A DNA stretch of 64,000 nucleotides. It comes from an uncultured cyanobacterium. GTDB taxonomy: Bacteria; Cyanobacteriota; Cyanobacteriia; Cyanobacteriales; Nostocaceae. A program made the translations under genes and the position numbers. The stretch is taken from contig OY970166.1 in the NCBI GenBank assembly GCA_963706595.1, positions 4,544,001-4,608,000 of the forward strand, in the 5' to 3' direction. Below the pieces are notes generated by a model. That model searched no databases and was not told the DNA's origin. It worked only from the letters and a program-made list of their open reading frames with translations. Of this stretch, positions 11,002 to 21,918 are shown one piece after another (positions within the stretch are counted from its first letter, which is position 1; every line of letters starts with the position of its first letter).

Positions 11002-12207
11002 ATGAATCAAAATCCCCTGATAGATTCCGAACCGAAATCATCGAAAACATCTGGCTTGAAGCCACCATTAGCGGCGGCGCTGGCGAGTTTAGAAGTACCT
11101 ATAGATCAAGAGTTAGCTCGATACAGACGCACAAGAATGGGAGTCAGAATACAGAATCAATACCGTACGGGAAGTTATATCAGCAGTCAATCTCCAGATT
11201 TGCTGGATTATTCGGCGACTCCGAGCAAAGTTATACCAACTGTAGAAGACAATCATACTCAGACTCCGCCTGCTTTTATACCTAATGAGACTCCTGAAGA
11301 AAACCCAGCACCAACTGATGCTCAACTGGATGATTTCAACTTAGTCTCTGATTTTGAGTCTATCAACACACAAATTCCCCAATCCTCGACAAATTCTAGC
11401 AGCAGCATTGTGCATACGGTGGTTGATGCTGATCACAATCAAACCTCAGCCCATGATCATCCCTCACTACCAGATGACTATTTGGAATCAAGTGAAGCAC
11501 TGCTGCGAAGTTTAACAGATGAAAAACAGTCTACAGAGGAGCCGAGTCATTCCCGTGATCATTTGCTATCACCTTTGGGTATTGGCTCAATGTTACTGCT
11601 ATTAGTGGCTAGTCTCACCCTGGGGTACGTAGTATTTAATCCTAGTTCTCAAGGCTGGTTTGGGTTTAATTTAGGTAGATTGTTTTCCACCGACTCATCA
11701 CCAAACAGTGGGGAAAATGCGGTAAAAGTGGGAAGTAACACCCAACCTCAAGCAGAAGTTACACTTATACCTAAGTATCCTAATTTAGCTGCGAAAGAAT
11801 TTCCAGAGGTGAGAAACCCGACTGATGTAGTTGGTTTACAACCCAAAGTTCAACCAACACCCACCCCAATTATTACTCCGGATGTGCAGTCTTTACCACA
11901 ATTGCAGCCTCTACCTCCCGTAGATGTACCCTCAACTTCTACAACAGAAACTTTGTCTGAGGAAACGACGACTCCACCCAAGGCTAAGGCAGAACTCAAA
12001 CCAGCAGCAGATGGGTTTTATTATCTAGTGGCGGATAATCAAGGCGATCGCGCGCTCTCTAATGCCCAAAAAGTGGTTCCCGATGCTTATTTATCACCCA
12101 AACAAACTTTAATCTATCTGGCTGCAATTAAGACACCAGAGGCAGCACAACAAAGGTTGCAAGAGCTACAGTCTCAGGGTATCAAAGCCAGGATTCAGCA
12201 GGATTGA
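11002..12207 (+). CDS. Membrane-anchored hypothetical protein with SPOR-like C-terminal domain
   Basis: One TM helix (LLSPLGIGSMLLLLVASLTLGYVV), Pro-rich linker, EAAQQRLQELQSQGIKARI end. Confidence 0.7.
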   Translation: MNQNPLIDSEPKSSKTSGLKPPLAAALASLEVPIDQELARYRRTRMGVRIQNQYRTGSYISSQSPDLLDYSATPSKVIPTVEDNHTQTPPAFIPNETPEENPAPTDAQLDDFNLVSDFESINTQIPQSSTNSSSSIVHTVVDADHNQTSAHDHPSLPDDYLESSEALLRSLTDEKQSTEEPSHSRDHLLSPLGIGSMLLLLVASLTLGYVVFNPSSQGWFGFNLGRLFSTDSSPNSGENAVKVGSNTQPQAEVTLIPKYPNLAAKEFPEVRNPTDVVGLQPKVQPTPTPIITPDVQSLPQLQPLPPVDVPSTSTTETLSEETTTPPKAKAELKPAADGFYYLVADNQGDRALSNAQKVVPDAYLSPKQTLIYLAAIKTPEAAQQRLQELQSQGIKARIQQD

Positions 12208-12475
12208 GTTCTAAAAAACTAAGCTAGGATGAAGAAAACATCTATCAAGTGAACAGTCATTACGGCATAAGTTGGGGGACTTAAACCCAATTATGTTTCT
12301 TAACGGGTAACTGATATAGCAACCGTCAAGGAGGTTAAAACATCAACGGATAATCAAACTTAGACACCATTCGGGTTTTAACCCACTCCCCACTCCCCAC
12401 TCCCTACTCCCCAGCTATAACTGGCGTGTCTCCCCAAGAACAGCAATTTTTCCCGAAAATCAATGGAGAGCCGAT

Positions 12476-13183
12476 ATGGAATTTATCAAGCGGATCTTGC
12501 GGATAATTCGCGCTAACATCAATAGTCTGATCGGCAATGCGGAAGATCCAGAAAAAATTTTACAGCAAGCTGTACTGGAAATGCAGGAAAATTTGGTGCG
12601 CTTAAGACAAGGGGTAGCACAAGCGATCGCTACTCAAAAACGCACTGAACGCCAAGCACAGGCGGCAAAATCAACTTCAGAGGAATGGTATCGTCGCGCT
12701 CAGTTAGCATTACAACAAGGTAATGAAGTTTTAGCACGAGAAGCTTTAACTAAACGCAAAGCCTACCAAGAAACTTCCACAGCGCTATTTAGTCAAATCG
12801 AGCAGCAAAATGAGGTGGTGGCTAGACTGAAAAAGGATATGCGATCGCTAGAGTTAAAAATGGGCGAGGCCAAAACTAAAAAAGATATGTACATCGCTCG
12901 CGCCCGTTCGGCTGAGGCTTCTGTGCGACTCCAGGATATGCTAGATAGTAGTTCTGCTACTAGTAGCCTGAATGCCTTTGAGCGCATGGAAGATAAAGTT
13001 TTGCAAATCGAAGCTCAATCTGAAGCGATCGCTCTACTGGGTACTGACGACTTGCAAAAACAATTTGATTCCCTAGAATCGGGTGGTGACATTGATGCAG
13101 AACTAGCAGCGATGAAAGGACAGGTTTTAGACGCAGGTGAAAATCCGCCACCACAAAAGTTACCTAAAAGTCAAGACTCTTAA
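12476..13183 (+). CDS. pspA: PspA/IM30 family protein
   Basis: AEDPEKIL.Q...EMQE, AFERMEDKV coiled coil. Confidence 0.9.
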   Translation: MEFIKRILRIIRANINSLIGNAEDPEKILQQAVLEMQENLVRLRQGVAQAIATQKRTERQAQAAKSTSEEWYRRAQLALQQGNEVLAREALTKRKAYQETSTALFSQIEQQNEVVARLKKDMRSLELKMGEAKTKKDMYIARARSAEASVRLQDMLDSSSATSSLNAFERMEDKVLQIEAQSEAIALLGTDDLQKQFDSLESGGDIDAELAAMKGQVLDAGENPPPQKLPKSQDS

Positions 13184-13344
13184 TGATTGGGCAATGATCA
13201 TAGTTAGGATATATCTTAAAAAATAACGGGTGTCGGAAGTACCGAACCAAGCCGGAAAGATTACATTGAAATGGGAAGCTATTAAATAGTAAAAAAGCGA
13301 ACTTGCCCACAAAGCGCGTAAACTCTACAAGGAAATACACAATT

Positions 13345-14139
13345 ATGGGATTATTTGATCGAATTAAACGAGTAGTTAGTTCTAACCTCAACGACTTGGT
13401 GAATAAAGCTGAAGATCCTGAAAAAATGCTAGAGCAAGCCATCCTGGAAATGCAGGAAGACTTGGTACAGTTGCGTCAGGGTGTAGCTCAGGCGATCGCT
13501 GCCCAAAAACGGACTGAAAAACAGTATAATGATGCCCAAAATGAAATCAATAAGTGGCAACGCAATGCTCAATTAGCTCTCCAAAAGGGCGACGAGAACC
13601 TAGCACGACAAGCTCTAGAACGCAAAAAAACTTTTAATGACACCGGACTGGCGCTCAAAACTAGCCTCGATCAGCAAACCACTCAATGTGAAACCCTCAA
13701 GCGCAACTTAATCCAGCTAGAAAGCAAGATTTCTGAAGCCAAGACCAAAAAAGAAATGCTCAAAGCGCGGATTACCTCTGCTAAAGCCCAAGAGCAACTC
13801 GAAGGTATGGTGCGGGGGATGAGTAGCAGCAGCGCCATGTCCGCATTTGAGCGCATGGAAGAAAAAGTCTTGATGCAAGAAGCTCGCGCCCAAGCAGGTG
13901 CAGAGTTAGTCGGTAATGATTTAGAAAGCCAATTTGCTCAGTTGGAAGGTAGCGACGTTGATGATGAATTGGCGGCGATGAAGGCACAAATGCTACCACC
14001 TGCGGCTGCACCTAACCAAGCCCAACTACCGCCGGAACAAGAAACCACCGCCCCTACCACCGCCCCTAAATCCAATCCTGGAAGTGAAGTGGTGGATTCG
14101 GATTTAGAAGCCTTAAAAAGGCAATTGGATCAAATGTAA
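13345..14139 (+). CDS. vipp1: Vipp1/IM30 (PspA family with C-terminal extension)
   Basis: MGLFDRIKRVVSSNLN start; extra C-terminal helix VDSDLEALKRQLDQM. Confidence 0.92.
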   Translation: MGLFDRIKRVVSSNLNDLVNKAEDPEKMLEQAILEMQEDLVQLRQGVAQAIAAQKRTEKQYNDAQNEINKWQRNAQLALQKGDENLARQALERKKTFNDTGLALKTSLDQQTTQCETLKRNLIQLESKISEAKTKKEMLKARITSAKAQEQLEGMVRGMSSSSAMSAFERMEEKVLMQEARAQAGAELVGNDLESQFAQLEGSDVDDELAAMKAQMLPPAAAPNQAQLPPEQETTAPTTAPKSNPGSEVVDSDLEALKRQLDQM

Positions 14140-14385
14140 CTTCACTTGACTACGCCAGAGGCGCGAGAACAAATTTTTTAACTAAGCGAGTCCCACACCT
14201 CATGGTTGTGGGATTTTAAATTAGTTTTAGCCAAAAATATTGACAAAAGGCCGCATTGTCTTCGGAATTTGAAGTTGTAGTTAACCCTTGAGGCTGAGGA
14301 GTATCAAGCTAACAGCATCTAGCACTTTTAAGATAAAGTATTCTGTGTGCGAACTTTGATCGATGCCACCTAATGGAGATATCTA

Positions 14386-14721
14386 ATGAGTAAGGGTGTA
14401 ATCACCATAACTGATAGTGAGTTTGAATCAGAAGTATTGAAAGCCGAACAGCCTGTATTGCTTTACTTTTGGGCTTCCTGGTGTGGTCCTTGTCAGTTGA
14501 TGTCGCCAGTAATTAATCTAGCGGCTAGTAAATACGGCGATCGCCTGAAAATTGTGAAAATCGAAGTCGATCCTAATCCGATGACTGTGAAACAATACCA
14601 AGTAGAAGGCGTACCAGCCTTGAGACTAGTTCAGGGCGAAACAGTATTAGCATCCACAGAAGGAGCTATTGGTAAAGAAAAATTACTCAGTCTCTTAGAT
14701 AAGCACTTAAGTAGTAATTAG
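14386..14721 (+). CDS. Thioredoxin
   Basis: WASWCGPC active site, 111 aa. Confidence 0.92.
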   Translation: MSKGVITITDSEFESEVLKAEQPVLLYFWASWCGPCQLMSPVINLAASKYGDRLKIVKIEVDPNPMTVKQYQVEGVPALRLVQGETVLASTEGAIGKEKLLSLLDKHLSSN

Positions 14722-14792
14722 TCAATAGTAAATGACTAAAAACTAATGATTTACCCTGAGCGTAGCCGAAGGGCTAACGATTAACGACTAAT

Positions 14793-15962
14793 ATGCAGTT
14801 TGCTCAACGTTTACAACCCCTGCAATCCAATGTATTTGCTGATATGGACAAAGCCAAGGCTATGGCTTTATCAGCCGGAAAGCAGTTAATTGATCTGTCT
14901 TTGGGGTCTTCTGATTTACCAGCCAGTCCCCACGTCCTTGAGGCGATCGCTAAATCTGTCTATGATCCAAGTACCCACGGGTACTTGCTGTTTCATGGAA
15001 CACAGGCATTTCGCCAAGCCGCAGCTGACTGGTATGAACAAAAATTTGGCATCACAGTTGACCCAGAAACTGAAGTTCTGCCCCTGATTGGTTCCCAAGA
15101 AGGTACAGCCCATTTACCCTTAGCACTGCTTAACCCCGGCGATTTTGCGCTGTTGCAAGATCCAGGTTATCCCTCCCACGCCGGAGGAGTTTATTTGGCT
15201 AGTGGTCAAATATACCCAATGCCGCTACTGGCAGAAAACAATTTTTTACCAGTATTTGCGGAGATTCCGGCAGAGGTTTTGGCGAAATCACGGATGATGG
15301 TATTGAGCTATCCTCATAATCCCACGGCAGCGATCGCCCCTTTAGCTTTTTTCCAGGAAGCTGTGGCTTTTTGTCAGCAGCATGATATCGCCTTAGTTCA
15401 CGATTTTCCCTATGTAGATTTGGTATTTGGCGAAATTGGGGATAGCGTTCCTTCTGTGCTGCAAGCTGACCCAGAGAAAAGCGTCTCTATTGAATTTTTT
15501 ACCCTTTCCAAATCTTACAATATGGGCGGCTTCCGCATCGGTTACGCCATTGGTAATTCCCAGTTAATTCAAGCTTTACGCCAAGTTAAAGCCGCAGTTG
15601 ACTTTAATCAGTATCGGGGAATTTTGAACGGTGCGATCGCTGCTTTAACAGGACCTCAAGCCGGAGTCGCAGATGCAGTTTCTACCTTCCGTAAACGGCG
15701 AGATACTTTTATTACCGCTTTACACCGGATCGGTTGGCAAGTTCCCACCCCCAAAGGCACAATGTACATTTGGGCTAAATTACCCTCGCCTTGGCATCAA
15801 AATTCCGTGGAATTCTGTACTCAGTTAGTTCAAAAAACTGGTGTCGCCGCTTCCCCTGGTGCTGGCTTTGGCAAATCGGGAGAGGGATATGTCCGCTTTG
15901 CTTTGGTACATGAACCACCTTTGTTAGAAACTGCTGTAGAGAGAATTGCTGAGTTCTTGTAG
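14793..15962 (+). CDS. PLP-dependent class I/II aminotransferase (LL-diaminopimelate aminotransferase-like)
   Basis: GSQEG, YPHNPT, HDFPY, SKSYNMGGFRIG. Confidence 0.88.
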   Translation: MQFAQRLQPLQSNVFADMDKAKAMALSAGKQLIDLSLGSSDLPASPHVLEAIAKSVYDPSTHGYLLFHGTQAFRQAAADWYEQKFGITVDPETEVLPLIGSQEGTAHLPLALLNPGDFALLQDPGYPSHAGGVYLASGQIYPMPLLAENNFLPVFAEIPAEVLAKSRMMVLSYPHNPTAAIAPLAFFQEAVAFCQQHDIALVHDFPYVDLVFGEIGDSVPSVLQADPEKSVSIEFFTLSKSYNMGGFRIGYAIGNSQLIQALRQVKAAVDFNQYRGILNGAIAALTGPQAGVADAVSTFRKRRDTFITALHRIGWQVPTPKGTMYIWAKLPSPWHQNSVEFCTQLVQKTGVAASPGAGFGKSGEGYVRFALVHEPPLLETAVERIAEFL

Positions 15963-16409
15963 TTAGTTATTTTCCCATAAGTCAGTGGGTGGAAATAAAA
16001 TTAACTGGTGGGTTGGTCATTTGTCCTTTGTCATTAGTCATTTGTCAGGATTTCCGGCGTGTTTACCTTTGGTTTACTGAGTTTGGGTTTTCAATGCTTA
16101 CCTACTTAGTATGAGTTTTTAATTTACCTGATAGGAAAACACTCCCGCAACAGCCTAAGTATTTACACATAAAAATTCCTCAAAAAAACCGGAAGATTTT
16201 TACAGGAAATCCACAATAAATTTACTCAATTAAGTCTCTGTGCTGTGTAGAATTGGTTTGTACGCTAAGTTACGAAATATCGCTACTAATTACTGTTGTT
16301 TCTTCAAATAGCAGGATTGTTAAAAAGCTCAACCCTGTAGTGAAGCCCAGCGAAATTTATTAGTTCCAGCAGTATAAAACCACACTTTAACCACAATGGG
16401 GACTTGTTA

Positions 16410-17352
16410 ATGAAAAAAACTATTCAGACTCTAATGATTGGGACTGCAATGGCTGTGGGTGTGAGCGCGATCGCCGCTACCCCAGCCCAAGCCGGAAGCT
16501 TGACCAATGCTACTATTGGCGGCTCCAACTCAAGTGATTATTTGGTTTATGACGCTGATGGTACAAATACCTTTTTAGTGGACAATACCCAGGCAAATGT
16601 GCAAAAAGTCCTGGATGGAAATGCGAGCAACCCTACTGGTAATATAGAGTTAGCTGCTAGTAGTGAACAACTAGGTTTTGATTTCAGCAAAAATACTACC
16701 TTGACAGGACAAATCGGTGGTAGAGATATCACTCTGAGCAGTCTCACATCTGCGGACTGGTTCAGTACCTGGATCAGGCTCTAGTACCTCCTATGGAGCA
16801 GATAACTTCGCCAACACTTGGTTTAATGCGTTTTATAATGCAAGTGGTTTAGTAAATAAAGAGTCTGGAATTAAAGCAGCCATAGGCGTACCAAATTTCA
16901 CTCCTAGCTCGGTTTTACGTGGACTAGCGTTTGATGCATTTAAACTTGTTGGTGGTTTCCAACGCGCCAGTGACCCCAATATTTCTTACGTTAACCAAGA
17001 TAAAATTAGTGGCGAAATCAAGATTGGGTTAGCTGGTCACTATGATTTAAAAGCTTATTACACTGATTTGTTGGGAGACTTTGGTCTATTTATCGATGAT
17101 AAATTCCAAGCCAGTGAAGTGGTTAAGTACTCTTATGAAGGCAATACTGCTTTTCTTTACAGTTTCTCAGCTACAGACAGTGGTTTGACAGCACGGAATA
17201 TGGTCAATGATCACAGTGGCAATTATGAAGTTACCATTGCCGGTGTACCACCAACATCAACATCAGTCCCAGAACCTTCAGTAATTTTGGGTATCCTGGG
17301 TGTTGCTGGTGTGTTCGCCACACAACGCAAATTCAACAAAGTATCTAGTTAA
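16410..17352 (+). pseudogene. PEP-CTERM sorting-domain protein interrupted by a +1 frameshift near 16770
   Basis: Signal-peptide ORF stops at 16784; the frame from 16771 (GSGSSTSYG...) is open to VPEPS-TM-RK at 17352. Confidence 0.85.
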
Positions 17353-17515
17353 AGCTGCTGTTTATTGAAAATGACGAAAATAATCAAGGAGCTAAATGCT
17401 CCTTTTTTTGACTTTTCGCAGTTATTACGATTGTAATCAGCAGTATTTTGGATAATCCACACAAAAAATTTATTTTTCTTAAAATAAGAATAGATGAAAT
17501 TACCTAAATTAGGTT

Positions 17516-19393
17516 GTGGCAATATCTGCTCGAATAGTACCACTGATTAAAGATCCAGAACGTCTGGAAAACCGTCTAGCTGAAATTCCCCCGGAACCGG
17601 GAGTTTATTTCATGCGGGATGGTGGCGATCGCATAATATATATAGGTAAATCCCGAAAATTGCGATCGCGTGTTCGTTCCTATTTTCGGGATGGATATAA
17701 CAAAAGCGATCGCATAGCCACAATGGTTAAGCAGGTGACAGAAATTGAGTTTATTGTCACTGATACAGAAGCTGAAGCTTTGGCGCTGGAAGCCAACTTA
17801 ATCAAGCAGCATCAGCCCTATTTTAACGTTTTACTCAAAGATGATAAAAAGTATCCTTATGTCTGTATTACCTGGTCAGAAGACTATCCGCGAATTTTTA
17901 TCACCCGTAAACGCCAACTAGGTAAAATAAAGGATAAGTTTTACGGACCTTATACAGATACAAGTTTATTACGAGAGATATTACGCATCTCTAAACGCAT
18001 TTTTGCACTACGACAACGACCTCAACCACTGTTCAAAGACCGTCCTTGCTTAAATTATGACTTAGGGCGGTGTCCCGGCGTGTGTCAACAGTTAATTTCT
18101 CCCGAAGAATACCGCAAAACAGTGTTGAAAGTGGCGATGGTGTTCCAAGGAAGAACTCAAGAATTGATTGATATTCTTAGCACACAAATGCAAACCGCAG
18201 CCGAAGCGTTAAACTTTGAATTAGCGGCGCGGGTTCGTGACCAAATCACCGGGTTAAAATCGCTGAATGCTGACCAAAAAGTTTCCCTACCAGATGATAC
18301 CGTTTCACGGGATGCTTTAGCACTGGCAACCGATAAAGAACGCGCTTGTATTCAATTATTTCAGATTCGCGCCGGACAATTGGTCGGACGTTTAGCATTT
18401 ATTGCAGATAGTCACGCTGAACCTGGAGCTATTTTACAACGAGTTTTAGAGTCACATTATCAAACTGCCGATGCGGTAGAGATTCCCATAGAGATTTTAG
18501 TCCAGCATGAGTTACCAGATGCGGAAATCTTGGCGGATGTTTTGACTCAACGCAAGGGAAGAAAAGTCACAATTTTAGCTCCCCAGCGCCAAACTAAGGC
18601 AGAATTAATAGAGATGGTAGAGCGAAATGCTGAGTATGAATTGCAAAGAATGCAAAAACTAAGCGATCGCAACCATGAAGCAATGCAAGATTTAACCAAT
18701 ATTCTCGATTTACCCGATTTACCCCACCGCATCGAAGGTTATGATATTTCTCACATTCAGGGTTCCAATGCTGTAGCTTCTCAAGTTGTGTTTATTGATG
18801 GTTTACCGGGAAAACAGCATTATCGCCACTATAAAATTAAAAATCCCACAGTTACAGCTGGACATTCCGATGATTTTGCTAGTTTAGCCGAAGTTATCCA
18901 GAGACGGTTTCGCAAGTATAGCGAAGATGCAAAATTAGCCAGAGTGGGAAATCCTGACTGGCCTGATTTAATTATGATTGATGGTGGTAAAGGTCAATTA
19001 TCTGCTGTTGTCGCTGTTTTGCAAGAAATGGATTTATTAGAAGATTTGCGCGTTGTCAGTTTAGCGAAGCAGCGAGAAGAGATTTTTGTACCCGGAGAAT
19101 CGCAACCTTTGGAAACTGACGCAGAACAGCCAGGAGTGCAGTTATTGCGGCGGTTAAGAGATGAAGCACACAGATTTGCAGTGAGTTTCCATCGTCAACA
19201 GCGTAGTGATAAATTTAGGCGATCGCGTTTAGATGAAATTCCCGGTTTAGGACACCATCGCCAAAAGCAGCTTTTAGGGCATTTTCGCTCAGTCGATTAT
19301 ATCCGACAAGCCACACCCGTACAATTAGCTGAGGTTCCGGGAATTGGACCCAGATTAGCCCAAGAAATTTACGATTATTTCCATCCCGCTTAG
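17516..19393 (+). CDS. uvrC: Excinuclease ABC subunit C
   Basis: GIY-YIG (PGVY..IIYIGKS), [16 protein letters not shown], HhH C-terminus. Confidence 0.97.
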   Translation: MAISARIVPLIKDPERLENRLAEIPPEPGVYFMRDGGDRIIYIGKSRKLRSRVRSYFRDGYNKSDRIATMVKQVTEIEFIVTDTEAEALALEANLIKQHQPYFNVLLKDDKKYPYVCITWSEDYPRIFITRKRQLGKIKDKFYGPYTDTSLLREILRISKRIFALRQRPQPLFKDRPCLNYDLGRCPGVCQQLISPEEYRKTVLKVAMVFQGRTQELIDILSTQMQTAAEALNFELAARVRDQITGLKSLNADQKVSLPDDTVSRDALALATDKERACIQLFQIRAGQLVGRLAFIADSHAEPGAILQRVLESHYQTADAVEIPIEILVQHELPDAEILADVLTQRKGRKVTILAPQRQTKAELIEMVERNAEYELQRMQKLSDRNHEAMQDLTNILDLPDLPHRIEGYDISHIQGSNAVASQVVFIDGLPGKQHYRHYKIKNPTVTAGHSDDFASLAEVIQRRFRKYSEDAKLARVGNPDWPDLIMIDGGKGQLSAVVAVLQEMDLLEDLRVVSLAKQREEIFVPGESQPLETDAEQPGVQLLRRLRDEAHRFAVSFHRQQRSDKFRRSRLDEIPGLGHHRQKQLLGHFRSVDYIRQATPVQLAEVPGIGPRLAQEIYDYFHPA

Positions 19394-19500
19394 TCGGAAT
19401 TTTATTCCTCAATCATTAATCTACCTAGAATTTCATTCCATTTCTCTTTGTGAATTTTCTGAATTTCATTATCTGACTCGATTAATTGTGAATATAAATC

Positions 19501-19662
19501 TAGGACTTACGAATTGACAATAAACAATAAATATGTGTGGCGCTAAAAGCACATATTTAGTAGGGGGTATATTTGCTATCAACATAATCATTGTTCAAAG
19601 TCGGAAATTGGCTATTTTGGTAATAGCATATCATGATTAATTTGTACAGTACGTAAGTTCTA
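19501..19662. mobile_element. MITE-like element
   Basis: Imperfect terminal inverted repeats TAGGACTTACG..ACAA / TTGTACAGTACGTAAGTTCTA and an internal hairpin AAATATGTG...CACATATTT. Confidence 0.55.
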
Positions 19663-19687
19663 AAATCAATAATTAAATATATTTTTG

Positions 19688-19734
19688 TAGGTTGGGTTGA
19701 GCAACGCGAAACCCAACGCCTCAACCCAACCTAC
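19688..19734. repeat. REP-like palindromic repeat
   Basis: GTAGGTTGGGTTGAG ... CTCAACCCAACCTAC perfect 15-bp arms. Confidence 0.8.
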
Positions 19735-20257
19735 GTTAATTAATAGCAAAGTTTATACCAATTTAATATTTTTTATTTACAGACTTAGCTGTGTTATTTT
19801 ACGTGTAAACATTTTATATAAATGTAATTTATATAACATCAAAACTTTTGCTCCAACATCTTTATAAAGCAAATATTAACTAAATCTTAAAAGAAAAAAT
19901 TTTGTTACCAAAGATACAGTATTTTCTAGCTGTTAATTTTTCAATACAAGAACGGCTTTTAATAATTGTCTAACATAACCCTAGAATAGGACTATCTCAA
20001 GGGAATAGTAATGGGGATCACCAAAATTCTAAGAAGATGTGTAATTATAAAATTAATTTATATATCTAAGGTGGGATGGTAAATGCAGTCAAAAATGAAG
20101 ATAATGTATAAAACGTGAAAAAATGTAAATCTAAAATTTTCTTTAAAATAGTTAGCCAATCTCAAGGCTGTTTGTTGATTTGAACCAAATTAAAATATCT
20201 GCCGTTTTAAGTTGCACTTTTGTTAAATAAGAAATAATTACAACCAGGGGTTTTAAA

Positions 20258-20455
20258 ATGAATACAGTTCAAAAAGTTCACTGTCCAAATTGTGGCAGCA
20301 ATGCGGAGCGTCACTATATTTCTGATAGTCAATTAACTCGGACACAATGCCCAAGTTGCGATTACTTGATGATTACTTGTACTGTTACTGGCAAGGTAAT
20401 TGAGGCTTACGCCCCAGGAATTAGTGCCAAAAAACAATTGAGTTCTAAGGTTTAA
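20258..20455 (+). CDS. Small Zn-ribbon protein
   Basis: CPNCG...CPSCDYLM..C, 65 aa. Confidence 0.8.
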   Translation: MNTVQKVHCPNCGSNAERHYISDSQLTRTQCPSCDYLMITCTVTGKVIEAYAPGISAKKQLSSKV

Positions 20456-20524
20456 TTAATAGAATATGGACGCGATTATATAGATAATATAGACGCGATA
20501 AATCGCGTCTCTACAAGGGGGATT

Positions 20525-21583
20525 TTATTTGCTGGCGCGAAGTTGTCCACAAGCTGCGTCGGCTTCTAAACCACGAGAATAACGGACACTCACAGCAGTG
20601 TTTTGTTGTTTGAGAATGTTAACAAATGCTTGAATGCGATCGCCACTAGGGCGTTTATAATCAACTTCGCTGATGGGATTGTAGGGAATCAAATTGACGT
20701 GGCTTTGGAATCCTCTCAGACATTTTGCCAGTTGCATGGCGTGTTCTGGTAAGTCGTTGAACCCAGCCAAAAGCACATATTCAAAAGATATGCGTCTTCT
20801 GGTGATTTCTACATATTCCCGACATTCATCGAGTAAATCTTCTAGGGGATAGGGACGGGCGCTGGGAATCAGTTCTTCTCTAAGTGCTTGGTTAGGTGCG
20901 TGCAGACTTACAGCCAGAGTGACTTGTAAATTGTGTTTGGCAAACTCACGGATACGACCACGAATACCAACTGTAGAAACGGTAAGCGATCGCTGTCCAA
21001 TACCGATATCTTGATTCAAAGATTTCAAAGATTTTAACACATTCTCAGTGTTTAATAACGGTTCACCCATCCCCATATACACTACATGGCTCACCCGTTG
21101 CTGAAAATCTTCTTGTACAGTCAAAACTTGATCGACAATTTCATGGGTTTCCAAATTGCGCGTGTAGCCACCCTTACCAGTAGCGCAGAAATCACACGCC
21201 ATTGGACAACCTACCTGGGTAGAAACACAAACCGTCAGGCGTTTTGCGGTGGGAATACCAACAGTTTCAATGATTTGACCGTCTGCAAGTTTTAAAAGAT
21301 ATTTGATCGTGCCATCGGGTGCAACAGCACGATGATGTATGATAGAGCGTCCAATGGGGACTTCTGCAACTTCTGCACGCCATTGTTTCGGGAATGCAGA
21401 AATATCAGCTAGCGATCGCACACCCTTATGATAAATCCAATCGTGCAGTTGCTTACCTCTATAAGCTGGTTGTCCATGTTGCTGTACCCAAAGGCTTAAC
21501 TCGGCAACTGAAGCACCTAGTAGGGGCGGAATTAGTTCTGATTTTACTGAATCAACCTGAGAAACAAGCGGTGTAGCAGACAT
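20525..21583 (-). CDS. rlmN: 23S rRNA (A2503-C2) methyltransferase, radical SAM
   Basis: [27 protein letters not shown]. Confidence 0.97.
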   Translation of the reverse strand: MSATPLVSQVDSVKSELIPPLLGASVAELSLWVQQHGQPAYRGKQLHDWIYHKGVRSLADISAFPKQWRAEVAEVPIGRSIIHHRAVAPDGTIKYLLKLADGQIIETVGIPTAKRLTVCVSTQVGCPMACDFCATGKGGYTRNLETHEIVDQVLTVQEDFQQRVSHVVYMGMGEPLLNTENVLKSLKSLNQDIGIGQRSLTVSTVGIRGRIREFAKHNLQVTLAVSLHAPNQALREELIPSARPYPLEDLLDECREYVEITRRRISFEYVLLAGFNDLPEHAMQLAKCLRGFQSHVNLIPYNPISEVDYKRPSGDRIQAFVNILKQQNTAVSVRYSRGLEADAACGQLRASK

Positions 21584-21755
21584 AAATATTTTATTTATTT
21601 TATTTAAAAATTGATGCTAGATTTCTATCCTACAACTTTCACATCCATTTGGGCGTGATGTGTATGAGCAACGAACCGCATAAAGCCTTCGGCATAGCTA
21701 GAACCTCCGGTACGCTACCGCGAAGGCTTATGGCGCAAGCCTCTCCCCTTGGGAG

Positions 21756-21883
21756 CGGTGTACACACATCTTGGCAATCAAGCACAGACCTTGAATTTAC
21801 CCCCCTTAATTCCTTTGCAAGGGGAGGGTTAGGGTGGTGTAATGTGAGGACTGGTAGTGATTCGATCACTTGTGTGTACATCG
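21756..21883. mobile_element. MITE-like element within a composite repeat cluster
   Basis: CGGTGTACACACA ... TGTGTGTACATCG inverted ends; adjacent AAGCCT(T/A)CGGCATAGCT hairpin repeat recurs near 48335. Confidence 0.55.
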
Positions 21884-21918
21884 TAGCCTCGCTTGTGGGG
21901 AGGGGGTGGGAGTGGGGT

